The notes below the pieces were generated by a model that saw only the letters and a list, made by a program, of their open reading frames with translations, was not told the DNA's origin and did no database searches. Position numbers and translations under genes: made by a program. Shown piece after piece: positions 36,399-48,201 of a stretch of 64,000 bases of DNA. Every line of letters starts with the position of its first letter. Position 1 is the stretch's first letter. The stretch lies in NCBI GenBank assembly GCA_026025075.1, contig JAPEUI010000024.1, positions 124,001 to 188,000 on the forward strand, given 5' to 3'. This DNA is from Vezdaea acicularis. Taxonomy: Eukaryota.

Positions 36399-39300
36399 CT
36401 ACAGCTTTCCGGCCCGGACATCCTTCCTGAAGATCCGGATGCCGTCTGCGTGGTAAAAGCGCATGTCCTTGACGCCGATCTTTAGGGCAGGGCGGTAATC
36501 GTCATCGGAGTCGCTCTCAGAGTCCGTTTCCTTCTCCACGTCTGCCGCAGAACTCCCAATTCCGTTTGCGAGGATGCCATTAGTCGCCTCCACAACGCTG
36601 CCTTCTTTGCCTCCGCCATTCGCCACACCTGACTTTGCGGCCAAGGCTTTACTCTTCTTTCGCTCCTGGACAACTCGGTCGACTTCCCGCTGATTGGCTT
36701 TTGCCTCCTTCCGCCGTTTCTTCTCCTGTTCCTCGCGCCGTTCGAGTCGCTCGATGATGCTCTCGTAGGCAATATACTCAAGTTTCATGTGCGGATTATG
36801 GGCGATGGTGTCTCCGACGACTTGGCGCAGTTCAGCGACGACGGAAGGGCAAGTGTCACGCAGGCGGATGCGGAGAAGGTGCAGAGCGCGGAGAGAAGTA
36901 AGCGTAGAGATGTTCTGTAGGAGAAGATGCTGTTGCAAAAGTGTTAAAACAGAAAGTCTTAGGGTAAAATGTACTCAGAGGGTACTTACGTAGCTTCGCA
37001 GATCGATGCCAGCAGACAATTCCACCAATCTCTTCCCCCGCCTCGTAATCAGCTGCACCGCCTTTCCATTCAGGTCCCAGCTATATTCATGCTCATGCTC
37101 GTTCTTTATCATCAGCCTCGTGAGCGTCTTCATATGTTTCTTCAGCACCATCTTCCGAATATCCTCAATCACAACTGTCGTCTTAGGTGCTAAGCTTTCG
37201 ACGTCAGGTTTCTCGCTATTGCGTTCGAGCATGAATATTTCTGTGACTTTGTCCAAGGAGTTGACAAAGGAGAGAAACGTGTTTGTGACATTGTCTGTAA
37301 AGATGCAGCGTAGCCTCAACGGCTGGTTCGATTGCTCCTTGCGCATTAGTGCCCAGAAGGCCTCCTGTGGGCCAACATTCAGTAAAGTAATGCGTTCGAG
37401 GTTGGCCAGATCAATTGCTTTTGATAGTATGGAAGCTTTGACGGGGATGAGATAGAGAGAAAGCTCATCAAGAGCTAATTTGCGTGTCGAGCGAACATAG
37501 TCCCGGATGGCGTCTTCTGTCGACAGAGGCCTCTTTGAGGTCTTGCCTTTTGATAATACAGATGGAGTCCGTTCTTTAACAACATCGTCCTCAGACACTG
37601 ACGGGTCATCAATGACCCCATCTTTGAGGTGGAGTCCACCACTCATGACAAATTCATCAGGCGGAGCTTTGACTAGATCCTTTTTGATAGTTTCGGTGAG
37701 CTCTTCTGCCATCTTAGCAACCTCAGTTGTTCGCTTCTCTAGTTGCTCATCAATTTCTTGATCTTCCACGTCATCAGCATCGTCAATATCGGGATGGTCG
37801 ATATCAATATCCTCCGGAGCTACGTCATCTGGATCGAGCTTCGTATTATCTTTCTTGCTTTTAGGCTCAGGTTGGTCGAAGAGTCCCGGTTCGTCTGGTG
37901 CCTCATCATTTTGAGCATCAGTACCATTGACTGTAGGCTCTACGACCTTACTCTTGCCTTTTTCACTTTGCGTAGGCGACGGGACGGAATCCGTGTCCGG
38001 AGTCTTAAAACCACTACCTTCGGATTTCACTTCGTCGTCTTTCTTCGAGATATCTCCATTTGGTAAAAGCGCGAGAGCCTTCTTAGCTGTTTTCTTAGAA
38101 CCAGAGGGCCCACCAAGTACCGACTCCTTACTCTGAGTTCCGATGTACTTTGCCGCTGCTTTTTCGATATTCATCAACGCTTCTTTTTGAGATCGAAGCT
38201 TGTCCTTTGGGGGGTGCGTGCCCTGAGTCGCTTCCAACAATTTTTCTGTGATGGCCTTGAGGTTTTTGATGAACATCTTACTGAGTTCGTCGTCGGTCTT
38301 CAAGCTCACAACATTGACTTTGACATCATCGGGGTCTTCATCAGGTAGCTTCTCTAGGCCGAAGACCTTTCCCAAGACTGTCTCTTGAGCGGATAGTTCC
38401 TTCTTCGCATTATTCTCTTTCTCTTGCGACCACCCTTCCTGCGTCGGCGGTAATGGAGCAACGCCAAACTCGTCCAGCTCTTGATCAGAATCATCCGAAT
38501 CAGCCAGAGGTGGCTTGCGGGCCTTGAGCGCCAATTCCTCGGAAAGAGATAGCTTCAACTTTCTCAAGGTCGTTGATGAACCTTTGACACATTCCGCAAG
38601 CTCCTGTATATATTCCAACGCATCAATATCAAGGACAGCTAGATGCCTTAAATTCTTGAAGGCAGAGAATGTTGGCGGCTCTTTCCCAGCGCCTTCCTTC
38701 GGTAATGGAGTAAACCTAGGCGGCGGCGGAGAATATTTGGACGAGTATTGATATGGCGGAGGTGGTGGAGGAGGCGAGAGTTTCACAGCTGGGAAGGAAT
38801 ATATTTCAACAGGTGGGGGCGATGTCGATGACGGGATAGGCCTAAGTGGCTTATACAAAGAAGGGCCTCGTTGCATTCGTATGTGGAGATTCTTCAGTTT
38901 TGGAAGTCTATGTAACGCAGCAAACATTGGTCGATTAAGTTCCACACGAACATTCCAGCTAGGCTATAGTCAGCTTCTAGATGATCCAGTAGTCTCTTCT
39001 AGAAAAACTTACTGAAACGTTTCTAAGGCCTCAGCCTGTCGTATGGCTAATAGCAACAAGGTATTCATGAACTTGCCACAGCTTGTCGAGTAGAGAAAAT
39101 GTCGATACTCTCTCTCTCCTTTCTTGCCTCCATTGGGCGAATCGAAATTCAAGTCTTTGAGATGTCGTGCATACCTCCGCTCACTGGTGACCATGGAGTC
39201 AAGAGCAAATGCCAGTGCATCATCATAAGGCTCGGGTTCCGGGCCATCTTCATCATCGAAGTAGATGTGAAATTGGCGATATAACTGTGCACTTGCCAAT

Positions 39301-39542
39301 TCATTGAAGTCACGAGAGACTAACGCCAAGGAGACGAGATCGTTTATAGATACCTAAGATAACCAAGCTTATAAGCGATGTTCACGGATAACAGCTGGGG
39401 CAATCAAAGTGCGTGAAGTAGGAGGACTTACGAGCTTGACGATTTGTTCCTGGACCTCGCGCGGAAGATGGACAAAGTCCTTCTTCGTGTGTGGCGAGGC
39501 TGGTGCCGCGGGCGCAGAGCCATTTGGCAGGTTGGAGCCCAT
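36399..39542 (-). CDS. F-box protein with LRR-like repeats and an acidic insertion
   Basis: Exons 39542-39432, 39353-39013, 38958-36990, 36929-36399. F-box FVHLPREVQEQIVKL|VSINDLVSLALVSRDFNELASAQLYR, and LxxLxL repeats (LKNLHI, LRHLAV, LRKLKL, LERITL). Confidence 0.88.
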
Positions 39543-40393
39543 GTCTGCAGGCCTTGAAGGCGAGAAGAGAAGGAATTGATGAGAAGATAACGTCACATCC
39601 AAGCCAGGCTTAGCCGCGCACACAGGCGACTCTCTGGATTCCGATGATAGAGCAGAGCTGAAGTCCACTGCGTCGTGATTATATAGGCGAAGCGATTCTG
39701 ATTTAGGGATCGATGAAACGTCTGAAGGCGTACTATCCCCAAGCAAAAGGTATAAGGCACAGTAGTGGTGGACGGAAGATATAGGGTCGAGCGAATCGAG
39801 AGAAGCAGGAGTTTTGGAGATTCAAAGAATGTCTGCCCTCATACTGCGAGAGGAGTAGGTAGCTGGGGTGGAGTGTTGGTCTGGTTTCGGCGTTCTCGTG
39901 CAGACCATTCAGGCTTCGGACCGTCTCAAATGCCGCTAGCAGCCGACCGCAAGCTTTCCCCCCCCATGCCTTACTTTGCCCACGGTCTTCAGCCTTATAA
40001 CTACATACAGTGGGGAGAGGTCAAAGAACGCTGTAGCCTAACGAGTTCTCCAGGACACCAACACCCTTGATTAAGCCTATCGAAACCCCACACTAAGTGC
40101 GATTTTGGTTATATACTTTCTAGTTGAAGGCGCTTGGTTTGGAGAAGCATTGACGCAACCATCTCCCTTTGCTACATGAACGAAATGCTGACCTATACCT
40201 GTCGCCTCTTCCTGGATTCTCAGAGCGAAGCTGTTGCTACTGAACATCATGGTCACTATGCATTTCGTCTTGCGAATGTGAAAGCGCGGTGGTGTTCAGG
40301 CTGATGCCGAAAGACGTCAGATTGGCGCTGTGGCCCGGCCTCCCGCCCCGAATACGCTAAGCCGCAAAAGGAACTTCGGTGCCCTCGGCAAAT

Positions 40394-40657
40394 TCGCGTT
40401 GTCGACATCCAAGGCGCGTATCAACGCATGAACGCTGATATCAAGTATACTACGGCCATTATGTTCACACGTCATTCACGCATTCCGCAAGCTCGAAGTT
40501 GGGCGAGCTGGCCATAACGGAAACTTCAAGTTAGCCTCAGCATTCCGACAGACAGGCATTGTACCGAGAACGGAGCTCAATTATTGCTCCGCGAGACCTC
40601 GCGGTCTTTGAACGGCGCGTTTAAGGCGGTCTGTTACCTGGGGACTTCTCAACGCGC
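40394..40657. promoter_or_regulatory. MCB-like CGCG elements upstream of CDC45
   Basis: TCGCGT 40394, GCGCGT 40414, GCGCGT 40615, ACGCGC 40652. Confidence 0.45.
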
Positions 40658-40738
40658 AGCGTCGCAAGCTCCGCTGGGCCAGTCCTCGATACTGTTCAGG
40701 ACCATTTGCGGCTCTTAGGAAAGGATCCTGCGGGCGTC

Positions 40739-43475
40739 ATGTATCTGCCTCGCTCCCTCATCTCGCATTTATACCTACAACTCGTCAAGACGCACCATTC
40801 GCTTTCACCACCAGTGCTCCTGCTGGTATCACTTGAGCCAGACGCCCTCTGTGCATGTCGAATTCTTACAGCATTGTTGAAACGTGACTACATACCTCAT
40901 AAAATTCAACCTGTGTCTGGCTACAGCGACTTGAGCCGGATTGGACGAGATGTCGTCCGGCCAATGCGGAAAGACCAGGGTGGGAGTGGAGGGGTAGTTG
41001 TGTGCCTAGGAGTCGGTGGGCTCATAGATCTTTCTAGCCAGCTCGGACTAGAGGCTGAGGAAACGGCACAAGACGCAATGGGCGGGGTTGAAGTATGGCT
41101 AATCGATGCGAGAAGACCGTGGAACTTGGGAAACGTCTTTGGGGGGCGGCCCACACCGATGGTGATCTTGGAGGATGGACAGGCGGTACACGTAGAAGAG
41201 GGTATGGAACGGGCGCGGATACAACAGTCATACAAGCCTGGCCTAGGCGGCGTCATCGTCTTCGACGACGGCGATATTGACGAGGAGCTGCAGGCAGAAC
41301 GCGACGCGTATATTGGGCTCGAGCTCATGCCGGAATATGAAGATGATGGGGCTGAATCAGAAGACTCTGAAGATGAGGCCTTGACGAGTGGGGTGGCGCA
41401 AGGAGGTCGTTCAAGCAAGAAACGAAGACCTATGTCCAGTGATGAAGACAGCGACGGATATAGTGATGGAGAGCGACCTACGCGTAGGCGTAGGAGCAAT
41501 TCGGTTTGCGCAAGATTTCTCAAACTTCGTCCTTAGGCTAACATTTGGGACAGTCGCAGTCAATAGGAGTGGATAGAGAGAAGCGCTCGGGTAAAAAGCG
41601 GAAATCAGTGTCTGATGACGAAGATAGCGACGAGTATGGTGATGAGGAACGATCAAGTCGCAGGCGTCGAAGCAACTCGGTATGAAGAGGAGAGCTGTCG
41701 TTACATGCATATACTAACAAATGCAATAGTCGAATTCGATTTCTGTATCTCCGAAACCTCGAGGACGTATGTCTTTTTCTACCCCTCCACCCCGGCCTTC
41801 GTCGTCGTCGAACCCCACTTCTCCTTTTTCTCCAAAAGAACCATCTCCTCGGACTCTCCGGCGAAAATTTCTACGGCTACGACAACAGCACAAAGAGGTT
41901 CTACAAAAGTATTACTCCCTTGGTAGCAGCTACTCTGAGCCCGTATCATCCCTCATGTACTCTCTTGCGTCTGATCTTGGTCGAGAAGACAACGATATGC
42001 TGTGGCAGGCTATTGTTGGCGTTACGAGTCTAGAAATCTACGGCCGTACACTCAGTGGTGTAGGAATAGACGCAACCGCTCCTCACACTTCCAGCAATGG
42101 CTGGCAAGGCAACCGCGGCGAAAGAATACGACAGGTACTACGGGACGAAGTCCGGCGCCTGAATCCACCAGAGTTGGGGGATAATGGACGCGAAACACAT
42201 CGGAATGACACATCTGGTGTGATACCTACAACAGCCCGCTCCCCTACCGATAAAGCTATTCGCCTTTCGCCTGAACCTCGCTTCCTACTTATCCGGCACT
42301 GGTCTCTATATGACAGCATGTTACACTCCCCCTATCTAAGCGCAAAGCTGCATATCTGGAGTGATGCCGGGTTGAAGCGTCTTCACAAACTTCTCGCGAA
42401 AATGGGTGTCTCATTGGCCCAATGCAAGCAGAGTTATACGCATATGGACATGGACCTGAAAAAGGGGCTAAGGGAGAGCCTATTGAAGTATGCCCCTCTA
42501 TACGGGCTAGAAGGACTTGTCCCGCCACCACCAAGTAGAGCAGTAGGGAAAGAGGGCTGGGGCTTTGTTCGCAGCTGGGGCTGGAAAGCATGCCTCAGTG
42601 CGAACGACGTTGGTGTTATCATTGGCGCAATCCTGGAAGTTGGGAAAGCAGCCTTCTCGAAGCATGCGGATGCCAATTCATGGGCACAGAGCCAGGCAAC
42701 TGAGCTTCGAGATGAAGAAGGCATTGAGGAGAGCGAGATGTGGGTCAGCCGCTTCTTTGAGGCATATGATGCGCTAGAGAACATCGAGGCATTGAAAGCC
42801 TCTCTCCCTCTCGCACAATCACTGCATCGTGCCATCCTACGGACGGGCAGTACACTCATTACAAAGAAGCAGATCAAGGATCTTCGTGCCTTCAGATTAG
42901 CCGTCCTGAAAGACGGCCCTGACGTCGGTCTCTTCACTCACCCAGCCGCGCTCACAAAGTTAGCGCTATGGCTCGGCGAAGCGCTTGCTGAGCAAGAAAA
43001 GACGAAAAGAGGAAAGTTGGGCAAAGGCGGTCGGGCAACACCACTCGTCGTCGCCGGGCTGAACGAGAGTAGAGGCGTTTACGTTGTCGTGGGAACGGGT
43101 GGGGGTGGGGGTGTCATGGACATCGCCGCGAGGGAAGAACGTAGAAAGGAAAGGGAAGAGAAGCGAAAGAAGCGCGAGCAGAAGAAGCAAGAAAAGGAGC
43201 AACGGCGGAAAGAGCGTGAAGAGAACGGAGAAGACGAGGAGACGGAAAGCGAGGGCGAGTCCTCGGATGACGACTCCTCGGATGACGAGGAGGACGAGGC
43301 AAGACAACGAAGAGGTTACGGGAGGAATAACTTTGGTCACGCTTTTGAGGCAGTGGCGGATGAGACGAATGCTAGAATCAAGTTCGATGGCTTTGAGCAG
43401 TGTGTCATCGAGGTCAAGAAGGAGGATCTGGGTGGTTTCTTGGAGAACTTGAGCATGAAAGCTGTCATCGGGTAG
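40739..43475 (+). CDS. CDC45: DNA replication initiation factor Cdc45
   Basis: Exons 40739-41503, 41554-41679, 41730-43475. LEPDALCACRIL..IPHKIQPVSGY, IDARRPWNLGN, FLLIRHWSLYDSM, LAKMGVSL..YTHMD and RNNFGHAFE..FLENL. Confidence 0.97.
41387..41732 (+). repeat. Diverged 176-bp tandem duplication spanning a CDC45 exon end and intron
   Basis: Two 39-codon segments are 24/39 identical in amino acids without gaps. Each is followed by a 50-nt intron with CTAAC at the same offset and then TCG. Confidence 0.85.
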
Positions 43476-44449
43476 GGGCAAAGCGAGGACAATAGGCGTT
43501 TGCGTTGCGTGGTATATATGATTAATGACATGATCACATAAGGTAGTTGGGGAGACGGGAGCATAGCGTAAATAGGCTTATAGCTGAACGGACCTGCCAG
43601 ATCTTGGAATGCATACATTCATGGCTCAACATCGTAGATGGCACTTACAATCTGGTGAACAACTCTGATCTGTTCAATTCCGTTTTTTTGCAATTCAATC
43701 TCGCCCATCCTTTGCCAAAAGCTTGTATATGCTGGTTGCCTCTGTGAGCAGGCGTTGCGAACTTCTTTGAACCAAAAACATCACGTCAGCGTGGAAATGA
43801 TCGTGAACACGTTTCCTGTCTTGATATAGTGTTGAGAACACGTTCCAGCCTTGGAGTGACGGAATATCTGCCGTTCATGAATGGGGCATTCGGACAGGCT
43901 ATATAGATCTTGATGTAACACGTGATACAATCTCATGTTTCTACTCTCAAACCATCCGACTAGACCTGTTCAACTCTAGCTGAAGCGACTATACACTGTC
44001 TTTCTACGCTGCAGGTGGGGCTAAAAAATTTTGAATGTATAAAGCTTTAGAAGGAAAGAATCATAACGTCCAGTAGTCAAATTTGCCTCTTTCCGGGGGT
44101 CCCAGAAAGATTATCTCAAGACAATTCACAAAGCAAGATCAAGATTATGGACAACCCAGGTGAGCTATGAACGCTGTCCAATTAGGACTTAACGGCTCTA
44201 CTAATGCCCTAGGACAGGACTATAGTTGACGCTGAACCCGAAGGAATGCCTAATGAACGTTCAAGTTCAAGTTCGCAGAGAAGCGAAGAAGCAAGCAAGA
44301 AACGAACCCGGCAGAATGCCACGCTGACGATGTGACCTATTCTTGACATCAAGCGATGAACCATGTCCAAGGGAAATCCAAGTACCCGGCTATTGACTAA
44401 AATCCCTTCCTGAACGGGTCCAACGCTTCCTAGACAGTCCTTCAACAGA

Positions 44450-45087
44450 TCATTCGATTTGCATTCTGAACCGCTCTCTTGCCACCTTAACCCACTCGTC
44501 CCACTTTTGGGCCGCCTGGTCAGCCTACTCCCATCAGTATTTTCTTTGCCCTCTTTAAATTTCACGAATTCTCACTCACCGACTCCTTCGCATTGTGCGT
44601 ACTCAGGTTGAGAAAATTGTACGACTCCATCTTGGACATGAAATCCCCTCTATGCCAATTAAAAGCGTCGAAGAGCGCCACTCTCTTTCTGGTGTCCTCC
44701 TCATCCTTGTCTTGCTTGCGCATCACAGACATCATCTCCCCTTGCATATCCCGTAGCACCCTATTTGCGTCCATAAGGCACGCCAGTGCAACGTTCGATT
44801 CTTGTTGACGCTGCTTGAACGCGTCCGAGGTGTTGACCATGTTGCGTTTGTAAATGCGGCCTAGTGCAATGTGATTTTGCATGCCATAGTAATCAATATG
44901 TGGTGAATTACGTAGACGGACGAGCTGGCGTGAGAAGCTTTCTGGGAGGGGAGTAAGCAGCGAAAAGGCGAAGGATAGGAAGACAGCATGGGGACAGACC
45001 CAACGTGGGGTATCGATTGACAATCCCTGCCGCCAGTCTAGCCTGTGCGCGACGGCTTGACCGCGTGTTTCTCTTTGCGGGATTCAT
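44450..45087 (-). CDS. Hypothetical (orphan-like) helical protein, 3 exons
   Basis: MNPAKRNTRSSRRAQARLAAGIVNRYPTL|ESFSRQLVRLRNSPHIDYYG..NAKES|AAQKWDEWVKVARERFRMQIE*. Introns GTCTGT..CCCAG and GTGAGT..CTGAC.CAG join three ORF pieces in frame. No recognisable domain. Confidence 0.6.
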
Positions 45088-45404
45088 GATTGCAATCTGC
45101 CGTAGGTAGGTGTTTGGATACGGTGACTCGAGCGTCGGTATGATTTGTGTTCGTGTGTTGTGGGAAAGAGACATCACGGGATGCGTTACGATCACGCGGT
45201 GAACCACTTGATGTTAGTCTATCCCCCTTGGCAACAAAGGGGGGAAGGGGGGTTCGTGAACCTCACGTTGGCCAGGATGTCCTGGTATAAATGAAGTTTC
45301 ACAATACCCGCATAGGTATTGTATGTACCTAAAGCTTAATAAGAGATCAAGAAAAGCGCTGCTTTCCCTAGGAACCTTCATTTGCTATTGGTTCTCGCTA
45401 CAAT

Positions 45405-45720
45405 GTCTCTTCGAATGGGGAGAGAAGAGAAGAGGAAGTGCGATACGAAGCAGCAGAACTTGCTGCTACCTTTATCATTCCAGACGACCCGAGCGCAGAC
45501 GAGGAGATCTCTTCATATTGAGAGGGAAAAGAGGAGAGAGTATGATAAGAAGCAGCAAGGCATGCTTCTACTTCTATCATTCCAGATGGTCTGAACGCAG
45601 ACGGGAAGGGTCTTCTCAAATGGATAGAGAAGAGAAGAGAAAGTACGATACGAAGCAGCAGGACCTGCTTCGTTCTTTATCATTTCAGATGGTCTGAGCG
45701 CAGACGGAAAGACAGTCTCA
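45405..45720. repeat. Three degenerate ~102-bp tandem repeats
   Basis: Core AGAGAAGAGAAGAG.AAGT.CGATACGAAGCAGCAG..TTTATCATT.CAGA.G..C.GAGCGCAGACG recurs at about 45405, 45508 and 45611. Confidence 0.85.
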
Positions 45721-45893
45721 TAGCCATACTTACAGAAGAATGATAAGCCTAAAGTTTAAATGGGGTGCACACTGTAATGTAAGCTTTGCTCACTTCTGGC
45801 TTGGGCTCTTTACCGTGTTCGAACGCTCCAGCATTGCGCTTTGAGTCGCTCGTAACGTCGGGCACTCAATTGTATTCCGCGTACGTTTCTATA

Positions 45894-47745
45894 CTAACCT
45901 TTACGGCGGACCGCAACATAGTCATTAGCCCTGTCCGGGTGCAGCAGAGAATGCACTACGTCCCACGCACTCCGAACGCAGTCATTGACGCCCGGCCCGC
46001 TGTAACTGGTCCCAGCTACTCGCAGCCGACCCTTATATACTTTGGCGAGCTCATCTGCCAGCGTCTTCAGCTGCCACCACCCGCCAACTTCAGGTTGGGG
46101 GATACAATCTCTTTGGATCGTGACCCTTGAATGTGTGGGAACATCGGTAATATTTAGGTGTCGAGCCAAAGTTCTCCGAGCCATCAAGACAGCCTCCTCT
46201 TCATCTGGAAACGAGGTCCATTCATTCCACCAGTGCCCACCCATCATGATCGTCATCTTAGTACCCTTTTGCGCTGCCCCAATGTCTTGATCAGGTAGAG
46301 CATCAGAAGAGAAGAGAACTCCAAGCGCCCTTTCCGGGTTAAGTTCGAATGGAACCGTCCGAGGAAGAAGATACCCAAACCCTTCATAGGGATGTAAAGG
46401 CAAGCCAGAGGGTGAAGGTGGGAAGTAGAGATTGATGACGGCAACTGTGACTGAAGGTGCTAATTCGAAGTATGAAGCAAGTGATTCCAGAATGAGGCTC
46501 TTTGATGGCTCTGATGGCTCTACGAGCATCTTCACAAGTTGGCGGGATGATACAGTACAGATTGCCGAGCTGTGATGGTTGCTCTCCACGCCGTGTTCTC
46601 CCTTTGCTTCAATCTGGCACTCGGTCAGAAAAGAAAGTTTCAAAGTGAAGAGGAGCAACACACAATTATACCCTTCCCGTCCCCACTAGGAACTATGCTG
46701 AAAACTCCCGTACCCTTCCTAATCTTGACATTTGGCATAGCTTTGAGCTTCTTCTCCAACTGAAGGGGAAGTGCCTGAATTCCTCGTCGAAAACCATAAA
46801 TACTCGACTTCTGTAAGCCTTCGGCGGGGGGGGGGCTGCTGAGATATGAGTCTCGTAAGTCAAGCTCGGACATTGGGATGAGTGAAGGTTCGCGTCGGTT
46901 TATGATCTTTTCCAGAAACGCTTCGGCCAGGGACCCCCTCCGGCCCTCAAGCTCGTAAAGCTGCTTCAGAACGGTCTTTGCTGACAAGGAATAGATATCC
47001 CCAGCATAGATACCGTGAAAAACAGCAGACACAATATTATCAGCAATCTGGGGTGAAAAACGTCTGGAAATGAAGGATCCGACAGATTCATCGAGCACGG
47101 AATCATGGCGTTTTGGCTTGAAATATTCTAGTGCAAGGGAGGAGAGAACGCCTGAGAGTAGCGGCTTAGTCAACAGGTCCTGTAATATCGAGTATATACC
47201 ATCTGTAGGGCTTGGTAGCCGGACTATACTGTCTGGGTAAAAGATATATCGATTTCTCGCAGCTGGTGCGTCTTTGGGTGTGAAAACAACCTCACTACTA
47301 AGACCTAGCTCCTGTATCTTGATTCAAAGTTAGCAGGGCCAACACTTGCAGTAGGAGTATATAGAATTACGAGATCTAACGTAGCTCGACCGTTCACGCC
47401 TGCAGGTCTTAAGGTACGCGGTCCATACTCAAAAAGAGCTTTCCCCCTACCATCTTCCACGTCTACGTACTCTGAACGAATCCACCCTCCTAAAGAGCCA
47501 GATTCATAGAGAACAACTTGCGTAGATGGAGAAGCTTTCGCAAGATACCATGCACTAGCCAGACCAGTGATCCCGCCACCTATGATTGCTACATCCTGGG
47601 CACCGGGTGATACAGCACCAGCATCAGGGAGCACAGGTAAGTGCGCTGTCACGTAATATCGTCTGTAACTCAAGAGCTGGCAGAATTTGGTCGTATACAG
47701 GCCCCCTAAGAGTTTCTCAAAGGGCCGTTTGGGAGATACAAACAT
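45894..47745 (-). CDS. HEM14: Protoporphyrinogen oxidase
   Basis: Exons about 47745-47371, 47317-46664, 46613-45894. FAD motif VAIIGGGITGL, LGGWIRS, FEYGPRTLRP, RNRYIFYPD, VFHGIYAGD, GFGYLLP, CIPQPEVG and GPGVNDC. Confidence 0.93.
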
Positions 47746-48068
47746 TGCTCGAAATTGAGTGACTTGAAGTTGCAGCCATTGGCGAGTCTACAGACGATCG
47801 AATATGCAGCTGTCAGAGCGTGGATTCAATAGCATTTTCTACATTTATAGTGTTTCTCTATGACAAATGGACAATGGCTCAGTATTCAGTACATAGGCAA
47901 TAAAAAAAGTACATGAACTCCATCGTTTGCTCAGTTCGAAGCTCCTCGTAGCAGTAAGGCATATCTCACTATTCCAAATACAGCTTAGCGCCAACCTTTT
48001 TGAACCAGGGTCAAGTCGCGAAAACCCCCATCGAACCAAATTTAACGCCACAACGCCAATAACAGCGG

Positions 48069-48086
48069 CGGATAAATCTTTATCCG
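48069..48086. promoter_or_regulatory. Perfect inverted repeat CGG-N12-CCG in the HEM14/haspin divergent promoter
   Basis: CGGATAAA-TC-TTTATCCG. Flanked by SCB-like CGCGAAA (48017) and MCB ACGCGT (48098). Confidence 0.5.
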
Positions 48087-48201
48087 TGGAACAGCATACG
48101 CGTTACCTAATTCAGCATTGTGTTGATCTCGTCGCTAGAGTGACGACCCGTAGGAGATGGATATCCAGAACCGTCACGTCCGGAAGGCACTTGATATTGT
48201 A

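Noticed and set aside
7873..43481. Many long antisense or alternate-frame ORFs over REV1, UNG1, TAF1, SDR, NCL1 and CDC45
   Set aside because: These are shadow ORFs from codon bias of the real genes.
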